Shown: positions 13,436 to 24,918 of the stretch, piece after piece
Layout of the letters: every line of letters starts with the position of its first letter
Numbering within the stretch: the stretch's first letter is position 1
NCBI GenBank assembly: GCA_051294905.1
Contig: CM119372.1
Coordinates: 31,808,001 to 31,872,000 of the forward strand
Length of the DNA stretch: 64,000 bases
Reading direction: 5' to 3'
From: Botryllus schlosseri
Lineage: Eukaryota
The notes under the pieces: model-generated
Databases searched by the model: none
Told to the model about the DNA's origin: nothing
The model's input: only the letters and a program-made list of their open reading frames with translations
Program-made: the position numbers and the translations under genes

Positions 13436-14891
13436 TAGGGTTGCCATATTTTTGTTTCACAAATTCCGGACGCACTTCAGAGCCATTTAGCGAATTTCAA
13501 AAGGAAGGAAGAACGTAGTTTATTTTTGTCCTTGATGTTTTTTTGCGGTATGTACACCGACTCATGTTACACATACACACGATCTGTGCATATGCATACC
13601 ATGAGTGCATGATGTGCATATGCCGCTGGACAAGGAAGTGCAGATATAGCCTACGGCTTTCTAAGTCATGTACCACCCCTCCATGCATGAGCGACAAGCA
13701 GGGAAGTCATGGATACCAGTGTTACGAATCAGGTCTTTGGTCTGACCCGGCCGGGGATCGAGCCCACGACCTACCGATCAAGAAGCCGGAGGCTTCACCA
13801 TTAGGTGTTAGCACATTGCCGATCAATATGACGTCACACCAGCAACGCTTTGTTTATTGACTAGAGGTGGTTACGATCCGGTTCAGGAATATGTGGTTGT
13901 ATGTTGTAAGTTGTAACCAGGGCCGAAGCCACATTTTGTCAGCCCCTCCCGCCCAAATAAACCATGATCTCGGGCCTCCCGTAGGGTATTCGATGCAACT
14001 TCTGGGGGCTTACTATATGAATCTGGTCGTTAAAATCATTTGAAAGAATTGTGTCAATACTGTAATATGGGTTCTTCCATATATTACTATATAATTTTGA
14101 TCCTCTCTCCGCCCACATGATCAGAGTTAGCGGTAGAGCTGGTGGGGGATGATGACTTCGAAAATGCAAGGAGAGTAATTGTACATCGTTAAGTCATGTT
14201 CAGTTCATGTCACGCCGATAAGATTACTTATCAGTCTAATGCCGGTGCGCACCTCACCACTGAGCTATACGAACACCGCACATCTGGTGGCGGTGGTTTC
14301 TAAACTTTTATCGTCGCGACTGCATTTCCAATTTGAAAATGTGCCGTGGCCCAGCTGAAAATTTGATGAGCTGATTACTAATTATTAATGTCGGCACATT
14401 TGCCCAGACTTACTCACGGCCTATTTTGGAAGCTAATTACATTCAACGTCTTCGCGAACTCCATGATAAAGGCAAGCTATACCCACAGGTTTAGAACCGC
14501 CATCATTGAATAAAGCATTCAGACGGCCTGCCCTAAACCGACTTTATGAATAAACCATCATCTTGTAATTGCGATTACAATCAGACTTCTTTTTGTAAAT
14601 GAATATTATTTTATATTTCTTTTTGATCGCCGTTATTGCGAGGGTGGTAGTCCCGATATTAAAACCAATATACATTATACTAAATCGCGCGCAGCGCGAA
14701 GAAAAATTTCACGTAGCATGAATCTGCTCAAATATTATCTTGTTTACGTTGATTTACGAAAATATTATTAGCCTACGTCAAGCATTCAAAATTCCTGACA
14801 TTTAGGCATGTTTTAGAAATTCCTCCCGGACGCAGTTTTTACAGTGAAATTCCGGACATGTCCGGGAAATTCCGGACGTATGGCAACCCTA
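13436..14891. mobile_element. hAT (Blackjack-like ends) non-autonomous element
   Basis: TAGGGTTGCCATA...TATGGCAACCCTA; perfect TSD CTCTAAAG; TCCGGA subterminal repeats. Confidence 0.85.
13500..13800 (-). mobile_element. tRNA-derived SINE with a Meta-domain-like core, nested in the hAT element
   Basis: On the minus strand, a B-box-like GGGCTCGATCCCC is followed by CCGGGTCAGACCAAAGAC...GGTATCC...CTTCCCTGCTT. Boundaries approximate. Confidence 0.55.
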
Positions 14892-15549
14892 CTCTAAAGG
14901 AAACTGCTTAAGCGGCGTACGGAGCAGAAATTTAACACGATTCATGTTCGCAATTGATCTGGCTAACAATATGCAGACATAAGACTATAACTCTTCTCTG
15001 CATTACTTTTCATTCAGTGTGCATGCCTCTTATTTACTTCGCCTAGGCTAAGGTGGGTGTCTGATCTTAAAACTTGAAACTGGAGACTGCGACAATAACA
15101 CAAATGGCTTACTGTCTAGAAGTCTGCTGCTAAATCGGCATTGGAAAATATATTACCGAATAAATACGTGAATGAAAGCTGTAAACTTTGTACACTGTTA
15201 CATGACATCATCGAGAAGTAGCCTCATGACTCTTTTCGGTATATTACTGTCAAAATTAATACGAGCAGCCTGTTCGGAACAGACCAACACCGAATTTTTC
15301 GTAAAATTTACTGAGGAATAGGCTGATCAAGTGATCAGCAGTTAGCCGTCAACGAAAACGAAATAGCTTTCGCGCTTGACAGGGGGTTGTAAGCAAATGG
15401 CTTGAAGGCCACAATTTCACGGTGAAATTGACATTGGAGAATATAAAGTTAAAGTAAATATTTGAATGCGAAACGAGATTGTTAGTTAACTGTTTCATGA
15501 TATCATCGTCTCATCACCTATCCCAGTATGGAGCACAGTTAACGTTAGC

Positions 15550-16050
15550 ACAGACACACCGGCTTTTGCGTGAAATCCGCAATGCGTTAGGTAGGCTATA
15601 GTGTCAGATCGGCGCACATCTCTACCATACTCGACCTCAATAACGAAATTACTGCCCTGATCATCGTGTGTCAACCTTGAGACTTGGCACAGCGTTCGAT
15701 ACTAAAATCAAGACATACCGTGCGAAGGCTCATGACAGATCTAGGTAAGGAGCATCGTTAAAATCAATAGATACCAATACCGGCTTTGGGTAAAATCTGT
15801 TGGTGATAAATGACTAGTCAGCTCACACTCCCCTTAGGAAACGAAATAACCACTAAAATAGTTCAGTGACAAACATAAAACTTGGTACAGCGTTCGATAC
15901 TAACATTAAGACTTACCCAACCAAATGTCATGACCAATCTCGGTATGGAACATCGTCAAAATCAATGGACACCAATACCGGCTTTTGAGTAAAATCTGTT
16001 TGCGATACATGACTGATTAGCACACACTCAATTTCGGAAACGGAATCGAC
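15550..16050 (+). repeat. Degenerate ~200-bp tandem subrepeats related to the foldback element arms
   Basis: ACCAATACCGGCTTT...AAAATCTG recurs at ~15773 and ~15971. AACTTGGTACAGCG and AACGAAATTACT motifs are shared with 684-2435. Confidence 0.6.
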
Positions 16051-18140
16051 TCAACGCCATATGACGGTAACCGAGTTCAGATATAGATTCGATTGTTACA
16101 TCACACTATGTTGCCCCACCTGCTCGGTAATTTTATGAATAGGAGAGAGTAAATCACCGTTTCTATATTGTGCGCTGCTTTGAGAGAATAGACAGTGAAA
16201 GCTTGTTTCGAGCGCTACCGGGGCATGCCCCGGCTAGGCATTCGCAAAGCGAAAACACGGAAGAGAATTCGATTTTCGAAGAGACTTCGCTATATATGGG
16301 CATTTACAAGCGAAAGCACAAGAAGAACGCGATTTCCGCTGTGATTTCGGTATATATTGATTGTTGTGCGTCTATAAATGATAAATAATTGTTATTGAAC
16401 CGAATTTTAGGTGGGGCAGTGCCCCAGTTGCCCTATAGGACGAGCCGCCACTGCTGTCCTTACAATTTCAGCCCCTCGGTACTAAAGCGACCCGCAGAAG
16501 AATATATTTCAGTCTGCGAAGAAATCCCGATTAGAAATCCCATGAATCTCACCAAAACAATTTTACGTAGAGTTTGGTATGGTGGGCGTGAGCGATTCCT
16601 ATATTTTGTGAGTAGCGACAATCTTTATCAGAGTTTTTACGAAACAGCAACATGCTTCAACAAAGTAATGAACCCGTACGGAGCAAACGCGAAGGAAACT
16701 CATGCAGTTTTAACCTCGAGGAATCATCAATGATCATCGCTCAGAATATTTATACTTGTGTGTCCTAAATTTGTAAAGACACCTCTTCCACATAGCTCAA
16801 CCGGTAAATCTGATCAGTGGTCACGTATATGCAAGTACCAACAATATTGTCCAGGTTAGTTCATTATCCTTTATAATAAATGCACACTGATTATATTCAT
16901 TGCATCCATATTTGGGATTTGGCGGACTTAAGCCAATATATGCCCTTGCCGTTACCTAATCCGTCCGTTCGTTTCACGCATCGCAGTTATTCGTAGTTGC
17001 ATTATGCCGACTAGGTTTCAGTGGGGAGTTGCTCTCGGTACATGTAGAAATTTCGCGATATGATTGTGGTGGTGGAATGATATATTTCCATCCGATAACA
17101 CATTAACATTACTACAATATCATTCAAAGTTATAATTAGCTCAAATAATAGGCGGAAATCATATTAAATATGGTTATTTATATGCGTTGAACTACTTTAC
17201 GACTCATTCAACTGGTATTTTAAACCATACATTGCATTGCTAAAACGTCATAAATTCTATACTGTGCTGGGGTGCAGCAAGGTCAAAAAGGTTGAGAACC
17301 ACCGAACTGAAGTGGCAGATACTGTCACCCAATCGCTCTTTTTATATGTAGCCTACCCCAAGTTGATATAAAAACCATTCAAGATCTTCTGTATGGTGGA
17401 CGTAGAATGCGTTGTGATCTAGGCTACTTATCAGCCATAACATGGTTGCGTTGGAATATTGGAAATACATAATTCGATAACATCTCCCATTTATCTCTCT
17501 TCTTCGGAACTCAAGCTATGTAAGTATGCCATGTCTTTGCGTCGGATTTTATACAGGATGTGAACATCTCATGAGCAATAATTACTGATCATGCCAATTT
17601 TTTTTTATCCATGTACTTCAATTCATACGTACATTCCATTAATGGTATATAGTGCCCTAATGTAAAACCTTTGATGAGAGTACATTGCGATGTAAATAGA
17701 TTTTGAAGCTGCAATGATTTTATCATTCATATGTCGATTCCATTTACCCTGCGCTATTCGCAACTAACATCGTATTAACGAGCCGGATTCATATGGTGTG
17801 TCTACTTTAGTATCGATAATGCATGCATATTATGTCCAAGCGCTTGCCTTCTCGCATACGCTTAATGTCACGTCTTTGAAACAGCTACTTACTGAGAACG
17901 ATCATCATGCACTCCCTAAATTTTACATTAGTGTGCTTGCCATCACCGAGACTAGAAACTGCTCCTATATGTTCGATTTCAGGCCAAGATAGTGCAGTAA
18001 CAGTTGACACGCATGAGGTTTCCATGACGCGCATGACACATGTTAGCCATTTCGTAAACTAACAAAGTGGAGTAGGCTATACGGTTAGGTAGTTTTAATA
18101 ATATTGAAATTTTTTTGCGCTTACCACGATCTATTTACTG

Positions 18141-18835
18141 CAGGGGTGGCCAACCTTTTCGGCCAACGGGCCACATGCAATTGAGGAACCATCGCGCAGG
18201 TCACGAGCCGCGCAAGGCGCTAAAATGTTTCAAAGTTTATAGGTCAATAATATCGTTACTTGAGTATATTGCGGATATGCTGGGCTCTGGGCTCAGTTTG
18301 CAAGGACTGGACTATTCTGCTGGACATATCGATATCGAAAGCTTCGGCCAACGTATGTGTCAATCATTTTGTGTCTAGGTTTCATCGTCGACGGTCTTTC
18401 TTCGAGCGCAAACGCAAGGTCGCATGTTCGACGACACTTTCTCTCGTAATTGCGAATATAGTTACACCTAATCTGGTACATTAGGCGTTCCTTCATTTTC
18501 AGGAGGGGGAAACAACATTACAAGCAAGAAATCGAATGACAACATATTGCGGGAAGCATGAAGATTATTATTACTTTAGATAAATCTACCGCAGAATATG
18601 ATGATTTATTATATGTACGAAGATCTACCAATAATGTGACTGGCCCATGGATCTGCCGATGTGTCGGAACTGATATTTTGTCTTCACATCCCAAGTGTTG
18701 CGGACTAACCAAATTTTTGGTTGGCCCTGCAAGTTCACAATCTGGGCAATCCCTTTTTGATAATATTACTAATTTCGTAAATTACCTCGCGGGCCACTCA
18801 AAACCTTCTCGCAGGCCACGGGTTGGCCGCCCCTG
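18141..18835 (-). mobile_element. hAT (Charlie-like) MITE, family of 22408-23087
   Basis: CAGGGGTGGCCAACC...GGTTGGCCGCCCCTG; perfect TSD ATTTACTG. Confidence 0.85.
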
Positions 18836-19785
18836 ATTTACTGTTTCTCTTCCAAATTTGTTGTTTACAGCTTGAGCTGGGTAAGTAATCAATTTGGTAG
18901 CAACGAACCAATCAAGCGGATCATTGATATTAAACTATGTTTTCAAAACAATAATGAATGAGTGTTAGCTGTCCGCTCCCATACAAATCCTTACCAAAGG
19001 CACGGGAATTTATGAACAAATGTAATGTAATGTTACAACATTCGTTACTGTTGCGCAAATGACATGCATATAGGCGACAAGCGCCAAAGATTGTCCAATG
19101 AGCAACAGCAACCAGGGGTGTCGAGCTCCACTTGGGTCACGGGCTGGATTCGAACCTTCTTATCGTTCGCGGGCCGGACCGGTCTAATGACTCCAAAGTG
19201 TTACCTCTTAAATCTAAATCCATACATTTGTCTTTTACTTGAATACTCCTGTCTATTATAAAGCCTATATTACGGGATCATAGGGGGTTTATTCTATATA
19301 GCAGCATGTTAAATCTCATTTATTCGAATTCCGCAAGCGACGGAATTGGCAAAATACGATGACTGGCAGATTGAACGCGGTCATAAACTGCTAAATCAGT
19401 GGTTCTAGCGACTAAATAACTTGGCATAATTCTATGCAGGGATATATATCCCTGATGCAATGCTACCACTGATTAAAGATCGGAGTCCTGACCAATTATG
19501 AGTTACCTGAGTCTGACTTCTTGATCAGATTGGCATGACACGGACGTAGCCTCGGAAATGTGCATGTTCCATATATTTTCCTACGGTTACTACTAGCCAT
19601 TCATCGAATTATTTGTTCAACCACCTGTGGTGCTCGGTATTTAGGCAGTAATTACTTTCATACATGATTAGTTCTGTTGTACAGTACATTGTCGCTTATC
19701 ATCACAGTCTATTATCTTCTGCTGTCGGTTGTGTTCCATGTTGCTTAACCACATTGGCCACTTTTACTTTAAAAAAGCTTTAGCT

Positions 19786-20990
19786 CAGTGGTTTCCAACG
19801 TCGGCGATATCGCCCCCCCCCCCCAGTGGGCGATTCTGAGAAACAAGGGGGCGAAACTGCCTAAGGGGGCGACTGGGGGGCGAAAATGTTAGAACGTCCT
19901 TTGAGACATATGCAATTAACATGGCCAAAAGTTTTCATGAAGACGACTTATTCTGCATATGAAACGAAAGTTGACTGAGAAAAGGTCAAAAAATCGTCAA
20001 AATTTTTACAGAGTCATTTTTTTGCCACCTGCATTTCGTTTGTATGGTAAATGATTGCACAGTCGGTGAGCTTATCATACGACATTTTACCTATTTTAGC
20101 CTACTTTATAGGCCTACCGTTGTAGACGGCACATTATCTGCTCATTATTATTCATAAACGGCCAAATGAAACAAATAGGTTTACATTGTGTTATGCTGAA
20201 CGTGCGCAATATCCTAACTGAAGTAAAACTGAGTGGGCACTGGGCATTGGTTCCTATATCAAGAGCGCATGATGAAAAATTGTGACGTAGACAATATTGT
20301 CAGAATGAAGCAACACGACGTGTCACCAACAGTGTATACGCACAACTTCAGTGTTGCCAGCCAACAACTGCTGCTGTTGAACGTTCTCTCTCCATTCTTG
20401 TCAAGTACTTGGTATGGACAGACATTTTCTACCCGTGGGAAAGTGTCTTTCGTTGTTGTACTACTACTAAAACAGCAACAAAATTTAATTATATTTACCG
20501 TAATGCGTGATGTAACTTGGAATTCCTCATAGGTCCAGATTTCGTTAAAATAAAGTTTTTCGTGTAAAAATTTGTCTGTTTCCAAGTCTATAATTTTTTC
20601 AGGCCAAACTACTTCGTGAGGACAGACAGTTCCAACCATGAATGAAGATAAGTAGCACAATTATAACATTATGTGGGAAAACACCTAATTTACATACATG
20701 AGGTCAAAATTTGGTCAAAATTAAGTTTTCGAAGGTACGAAAATGTCAAAATTGCGATTTTTTTAGGTCAAAATCTTCCCGTTTATTAGGAAAATGGACG
20801 CGCTAACCGGTTTTCAGAGCACCTACTCGAAAAAATGACCATATTTTAGCCAATTCACTAGCGATCAGAGTTAGATGAATAAATTTCCCGTATATATGTC
20901 CTCTTTTTTGGATCCGTAAATATTGGGGGGCGAAAATTTATTTCGAGCTTGAGAAGGGGGCGATTATTCGAAAAAGGTTTGGAACCACTG
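19786..20990 (+). mobile_element. hAT element with Charlie-like ends and an internal hAT dimerisation-domain remnant
   Basis: CAGTGGTTTCCAAC...GGAACCACTG; TSD CTTTAGCT/CTTTAGTT; encodes CQPTTAAVERSLS at ~20355-20395. Confidence 0.8.
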
Positions 20991-22031
20991 CTTTAGTTAG
21001 TTACGACAACGCAACAGTCAGTTAACGAGACCACCCGCAATGCAGTCTCCTGAATATTTACAAGGACAGCCGCGTCCTACCCATATAATAGGGATGTTCG
21101 TACCTTTCTTAAATATAACAGTGTTTGGAAGAAGACACGACCTTTGAGTCAAGAATTACTTCTAGTGATTGTATTTAGCATCGTATCAAATCACCCAGCT
21201 TCTTAACCCGTTGTGAAATTTTTGGCCCGCCACTGTCACTGTTGCAGCAAGAATCTATTAGTCTACCTGTCGTGATTCATCTCAAAATATTGTTCAAATC
21301 CCACCCAAGCCGTTATATCTATTTATTGACGACATCATATGTGACATCGGCCAAACTCTAGACATAAAGTCACATTGCTGTGCGAATTCTTCGTGTAACA
21401 GACAGTATAACGGACACATGCATGACGGCATAAAATATGCAGAGATGTCGTTAAAGAGATCTATTGACACGACAGCTTAGTTCCGTTGCTGCGTCGATTA
21501 GGAAATTGATAAATGACGACATAAATTTCGGAGTCAGCATGAAGCGAGACGCATTTTTATTCCATCTGCATACGAACTAAAGAGAGCAGCAATTGTAAAA
21601 TTACTTCTCGAGGTGCTGCTAATTTTCGCAGAGGTAGCAGGAGAGGCACAAATCTTTTTCAAGTAATAATTGGCGTTGACCCTGAGTTGACGTTGACCCC
21701 GCTATACGCGCTGATGCGCAGTGTGGAATACAAAGGATTTGAATGTAAACGCTGACGTTTGAATTTGGTTCGTTCAATAAATATCCATTAGAATTTATCA
21801 GGAGACAGGGGATCTTTTGAGTCAGAAGTCATAAATCAGTGCGACCGCGGATTCTTGGTGAACTATTATATTCTCCATGTAATCTGCATGGCATGGGCAT
21901 TGTCGTTTTTGAATCTGTTAATAACTACTTTTCTGTCCATTTTTTATAGAAATCAGAACTCGGTGTACATGTTTCGCCCATCTCAAAATTTGCGGTCAAT
22001 GTCAACTACTTGGCCCTCATGTCGTCTAGAC

Positions 22032-22399
22032 CAGTGGTTCCCAACCTTTTTCGCCCCATCGCCCCCTTTTCAAGGTTAACACCGATCATCGCCCCCCAAA
22101 TTTCTGTGTACCGAAAATTGGGCATACAAACTGTAATCACCGGCGGGTTGACTGAAAAAAAAAAGGTCAAATTTTCGCCACGATGTCTAATTTGACACAC
22201 TTTTGCAACTAAATTTCCGTGGGTTGACTAAAAAAAAAAAAAAAAAGAGGTCAGCCGTTTTGGCGCGTCATCGCCCCCCTATCGCCCCCTTCGCTATTTT
22301 CGCCCCCCGTCGCCCCCTTTGTCCATTTTCGCCCCCTGTCGCCCCCTTCGTCATTTTCGCCCCCCTAGACCGCCAAATCGCCCACGTTGGGAACCACTG
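22032..22399 (+). mobile_element. hAT (Charlie-like) MITE with TCGCCCC repeats
   Basis: CAGTGGTTCCCAAC...GTTGGGAACCACTG; perfect TSD GTCTAGAC. Confidence 0.9.
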
Positions 22400-22407
22400 G
22401 TCTAGAC

Positions 22408-23087
22408 CAGGGCCGGCCAACCCGTGGCCCGCGGGCCACATGTGGCCCGCGAGAAGGTTTTGAGTGGCCCGCGAGGTAATTTCCGAAATTGGTAATGTTA
22501 TAAAAAATGAATTGCACAGATTGTGAACTTGCAAGGCCAACCAAAAATTTGATTAGCCTGAAAGCTACACTTGAGATGTTATGACTAAAATATCAGGTAC
22601 AACGCATTAGCATTTCCATGAGCCAGTCACACTTTGGTAGATCTTCGTACACCACAATAAAGCAGAATAATTTGCGATAAATTTATCAAAAGTAAATATT
22701 TTCTACACGCTTTGCGCAACATGTGGTCACTCGATTTCTTGCTTTTAATATTGTTACCCCTTGGCTAAGATGAAAGAACGCTTAATGTATCAGATTGAGT
22801 CTAACTATATTCTCGGTTACGAGACAAAGTGTCATGCGACCTAGCTTAGGCACAAAACGATTGGCGCATGTTGGTCGAAGCTTTCGAGATTGATATGTCC
22901 AGGCGCTGAATAGTTCAGTCCTGGCAAACTGTTCCCAGCGATATACTGCAGGCCCGCAATATAGTCAAGTGACAATATTATTGAGCTATGAACGTCGAAA
23001 AATTTTCGCGCTTCGCGCGGCTAGTGGCCCGCGCAATATTTCGTCGATCGAATGTGGCCCTTTGGCTGAAAAGGTTGGCCAGCCCTG
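22408..23087 (+). mobile_element. hAT (Charlie-like) MITE
   Basis: CAGGGCCGGCCAACC...GGTTGGCCAGCCCTG; perfect TSD GTCTAGAC shared with the neighbouring MITE. Confidence 0.9.
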
Positions 23088-23342
23088 GTCTAGACTCACT
23101 AGAGCAGTGGTTCTCAACCGGAGTCCACGAAACCACTGAATTCGAAAAATGATTTATAACTTGTAATCTTATGAATTAGGAAATAACGAACCGGTTACGC
23201 TTCATAAACTATTAACATTTCAGTACTCACAACAACTCAATTACCGTGACATGAAATATCCTACTGTACTGTGCAAACTCATTTTAGTTGCCAAATTCTC
23301 AATAGCCAATTCCCAAGCTTGTAATTCCCCTCGATTGGCGAT

Positions 23343-24528
23343 CAGGGCCGTAAAAGCACTTCGTCATGCCCCACCCCAAAACGTCGGTCTTGCCCCCCCC
23401 CCCCCCCCATATAATGATAAACCGAACTTCTGGGGGCCATTTAATGAGCCAGCTTCTCACACCTGAACGCGCGAAGCGCGAAAATTTTCTATAACTCATG
23501 ATTGAATCGGTCAATATTATCGGAAATTGCATCAATTTTTATCTTCTCTCTGCTGACGAAATCAGATACACCGGTAGAGCTGAGTGAGGTGTGTTTGAAA
23601 AAGTAGGACCCCTCAATAATAATTAAACATCTTCGGGCGTATACCCGTTGGAAGGAACGAAACTGCACTTCATCAGCCCCTCCAATAAAACTTGGGTCTT
23701 GGGCTCCCATAGAGCGATAAACCTACCCCCCATCACCCTGTTCGCTTTTGCCACGAAACTAGTTGCACTGTGTAGTTAGCCAGCGCCATGCGCAACATTT
23801 TTCGATAATTCGCGATAAAATCAGTCGATAAGATCGGGAATCGCATATATATTGCTATCTATTTCTTGTCCTCTCTGCTCACATGATCGGATTTACCGGT
23901 AGAGCTGAGTTAAGTGTTATGGAATCTGTAGGGCCCGTTGGTATGACTCCGTAACATGATGTTATTTCGTGACCTCCGGTCTGCCATATCAAAAATATGG
24001 AATCGCCCAAACGCAGTTTACTAAACTAAAAGACGCGCACCATTTCAAATTGGTATTTCTTCACTGGCACATAATTTTTCTCTGAGGGATGGTATTTGTC
24101 TTGTGAGGTTCAGATTGCCAAGACAGTATTTTGTATATATAACGAAGTTTTCGGTCAGCATTAGGGCAGTCCTTTTCGGCTAAGGTTTTCTCGCTGCCGG
24201 TCGTTCTGGCACACTTCTTGGAGACGCATGTTACTTTGTTACATGACCTAAAACTTTATATGTCTTGGTGCGTCGTGGCGCAGTAATGGCCAACGCCGAT
24301 ATGCCCAATAATATAAATCTTGCGTATTGCTTCTTTGGGGAAGAGTACCCAAATATCAAGATATTTGGTAACTTGAAATCGCGCCTAACGCGGAAATTTT
24401 TTGAAATAGTCGCATTAATTTTCAAAAATACTCTATAATTGATGCCAATTCACGAAATTATTCTGGGCCCCCTTCGAGCTCGGCCCCCTCCCAATTGGGG
24501 GGCTTGGGGTACGGCAGTTACGGTCCTG
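23343..24528 (-). mobile_element. Non-autonomous hAT element (CAGGGCCGTAAC-type), copy 2
   Basis: CAGGGCCGTAA...TTACGGTCCTG; TSD TTGGCGAT/TTGACGAT; reverse complement of 3024-4753 minus its insert. Confidence 0.85.
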
Positions 24529-24783
24529 TTGACGATAGATCCTTTCTCGAGGCCGTTCGCCTTGCGAGTCGTAGATGTCGTGCGATACAAAATACCTCAG
24601 TACATCAGTAAACGGAAGCTTCGGGAGCATCGTACTTAATTTAAAACTTCGATGCCAGCGAGGTGCACGGATCAAAATATATTTATATGAGGGCGTCGAT
24701 CTAGTCATCTAGTGCGAATTGTGAATGTATTAGTTCTGACTGCATAATTAGATTGCCAATCTAAGGATATCTATGTTACAAGT

Positions 24784-24918
24784 ATGTTTGGATCAATGCT
24801 TTTCGTTTGTCTTGTGCTGTCAAGCGGCACTATGTCCGTCGAGTGGCAGAATGCAAAGGAATTAAGTCCCGAATTTACATTGCAATGGAGCTATCAAGGC
24901 GATGTAATCGAAATGGAG
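24784..24918 (+). CDS. MOXD-like exon 1: signal peptide + DOMON1 start
   Basis: MFGSMLFVCLVLSSGTMS-VEWQNAKELSPEFTLQWSYQGDVIEME; donor GTGAGT. Confidence 0.82.

Noticed and set aside
7000..24700. Numerous 60-130 aa ORFs between the two genes
   Set aside because: No domain motifs or consistent splice structure; most overlap MITEs or SINEs.
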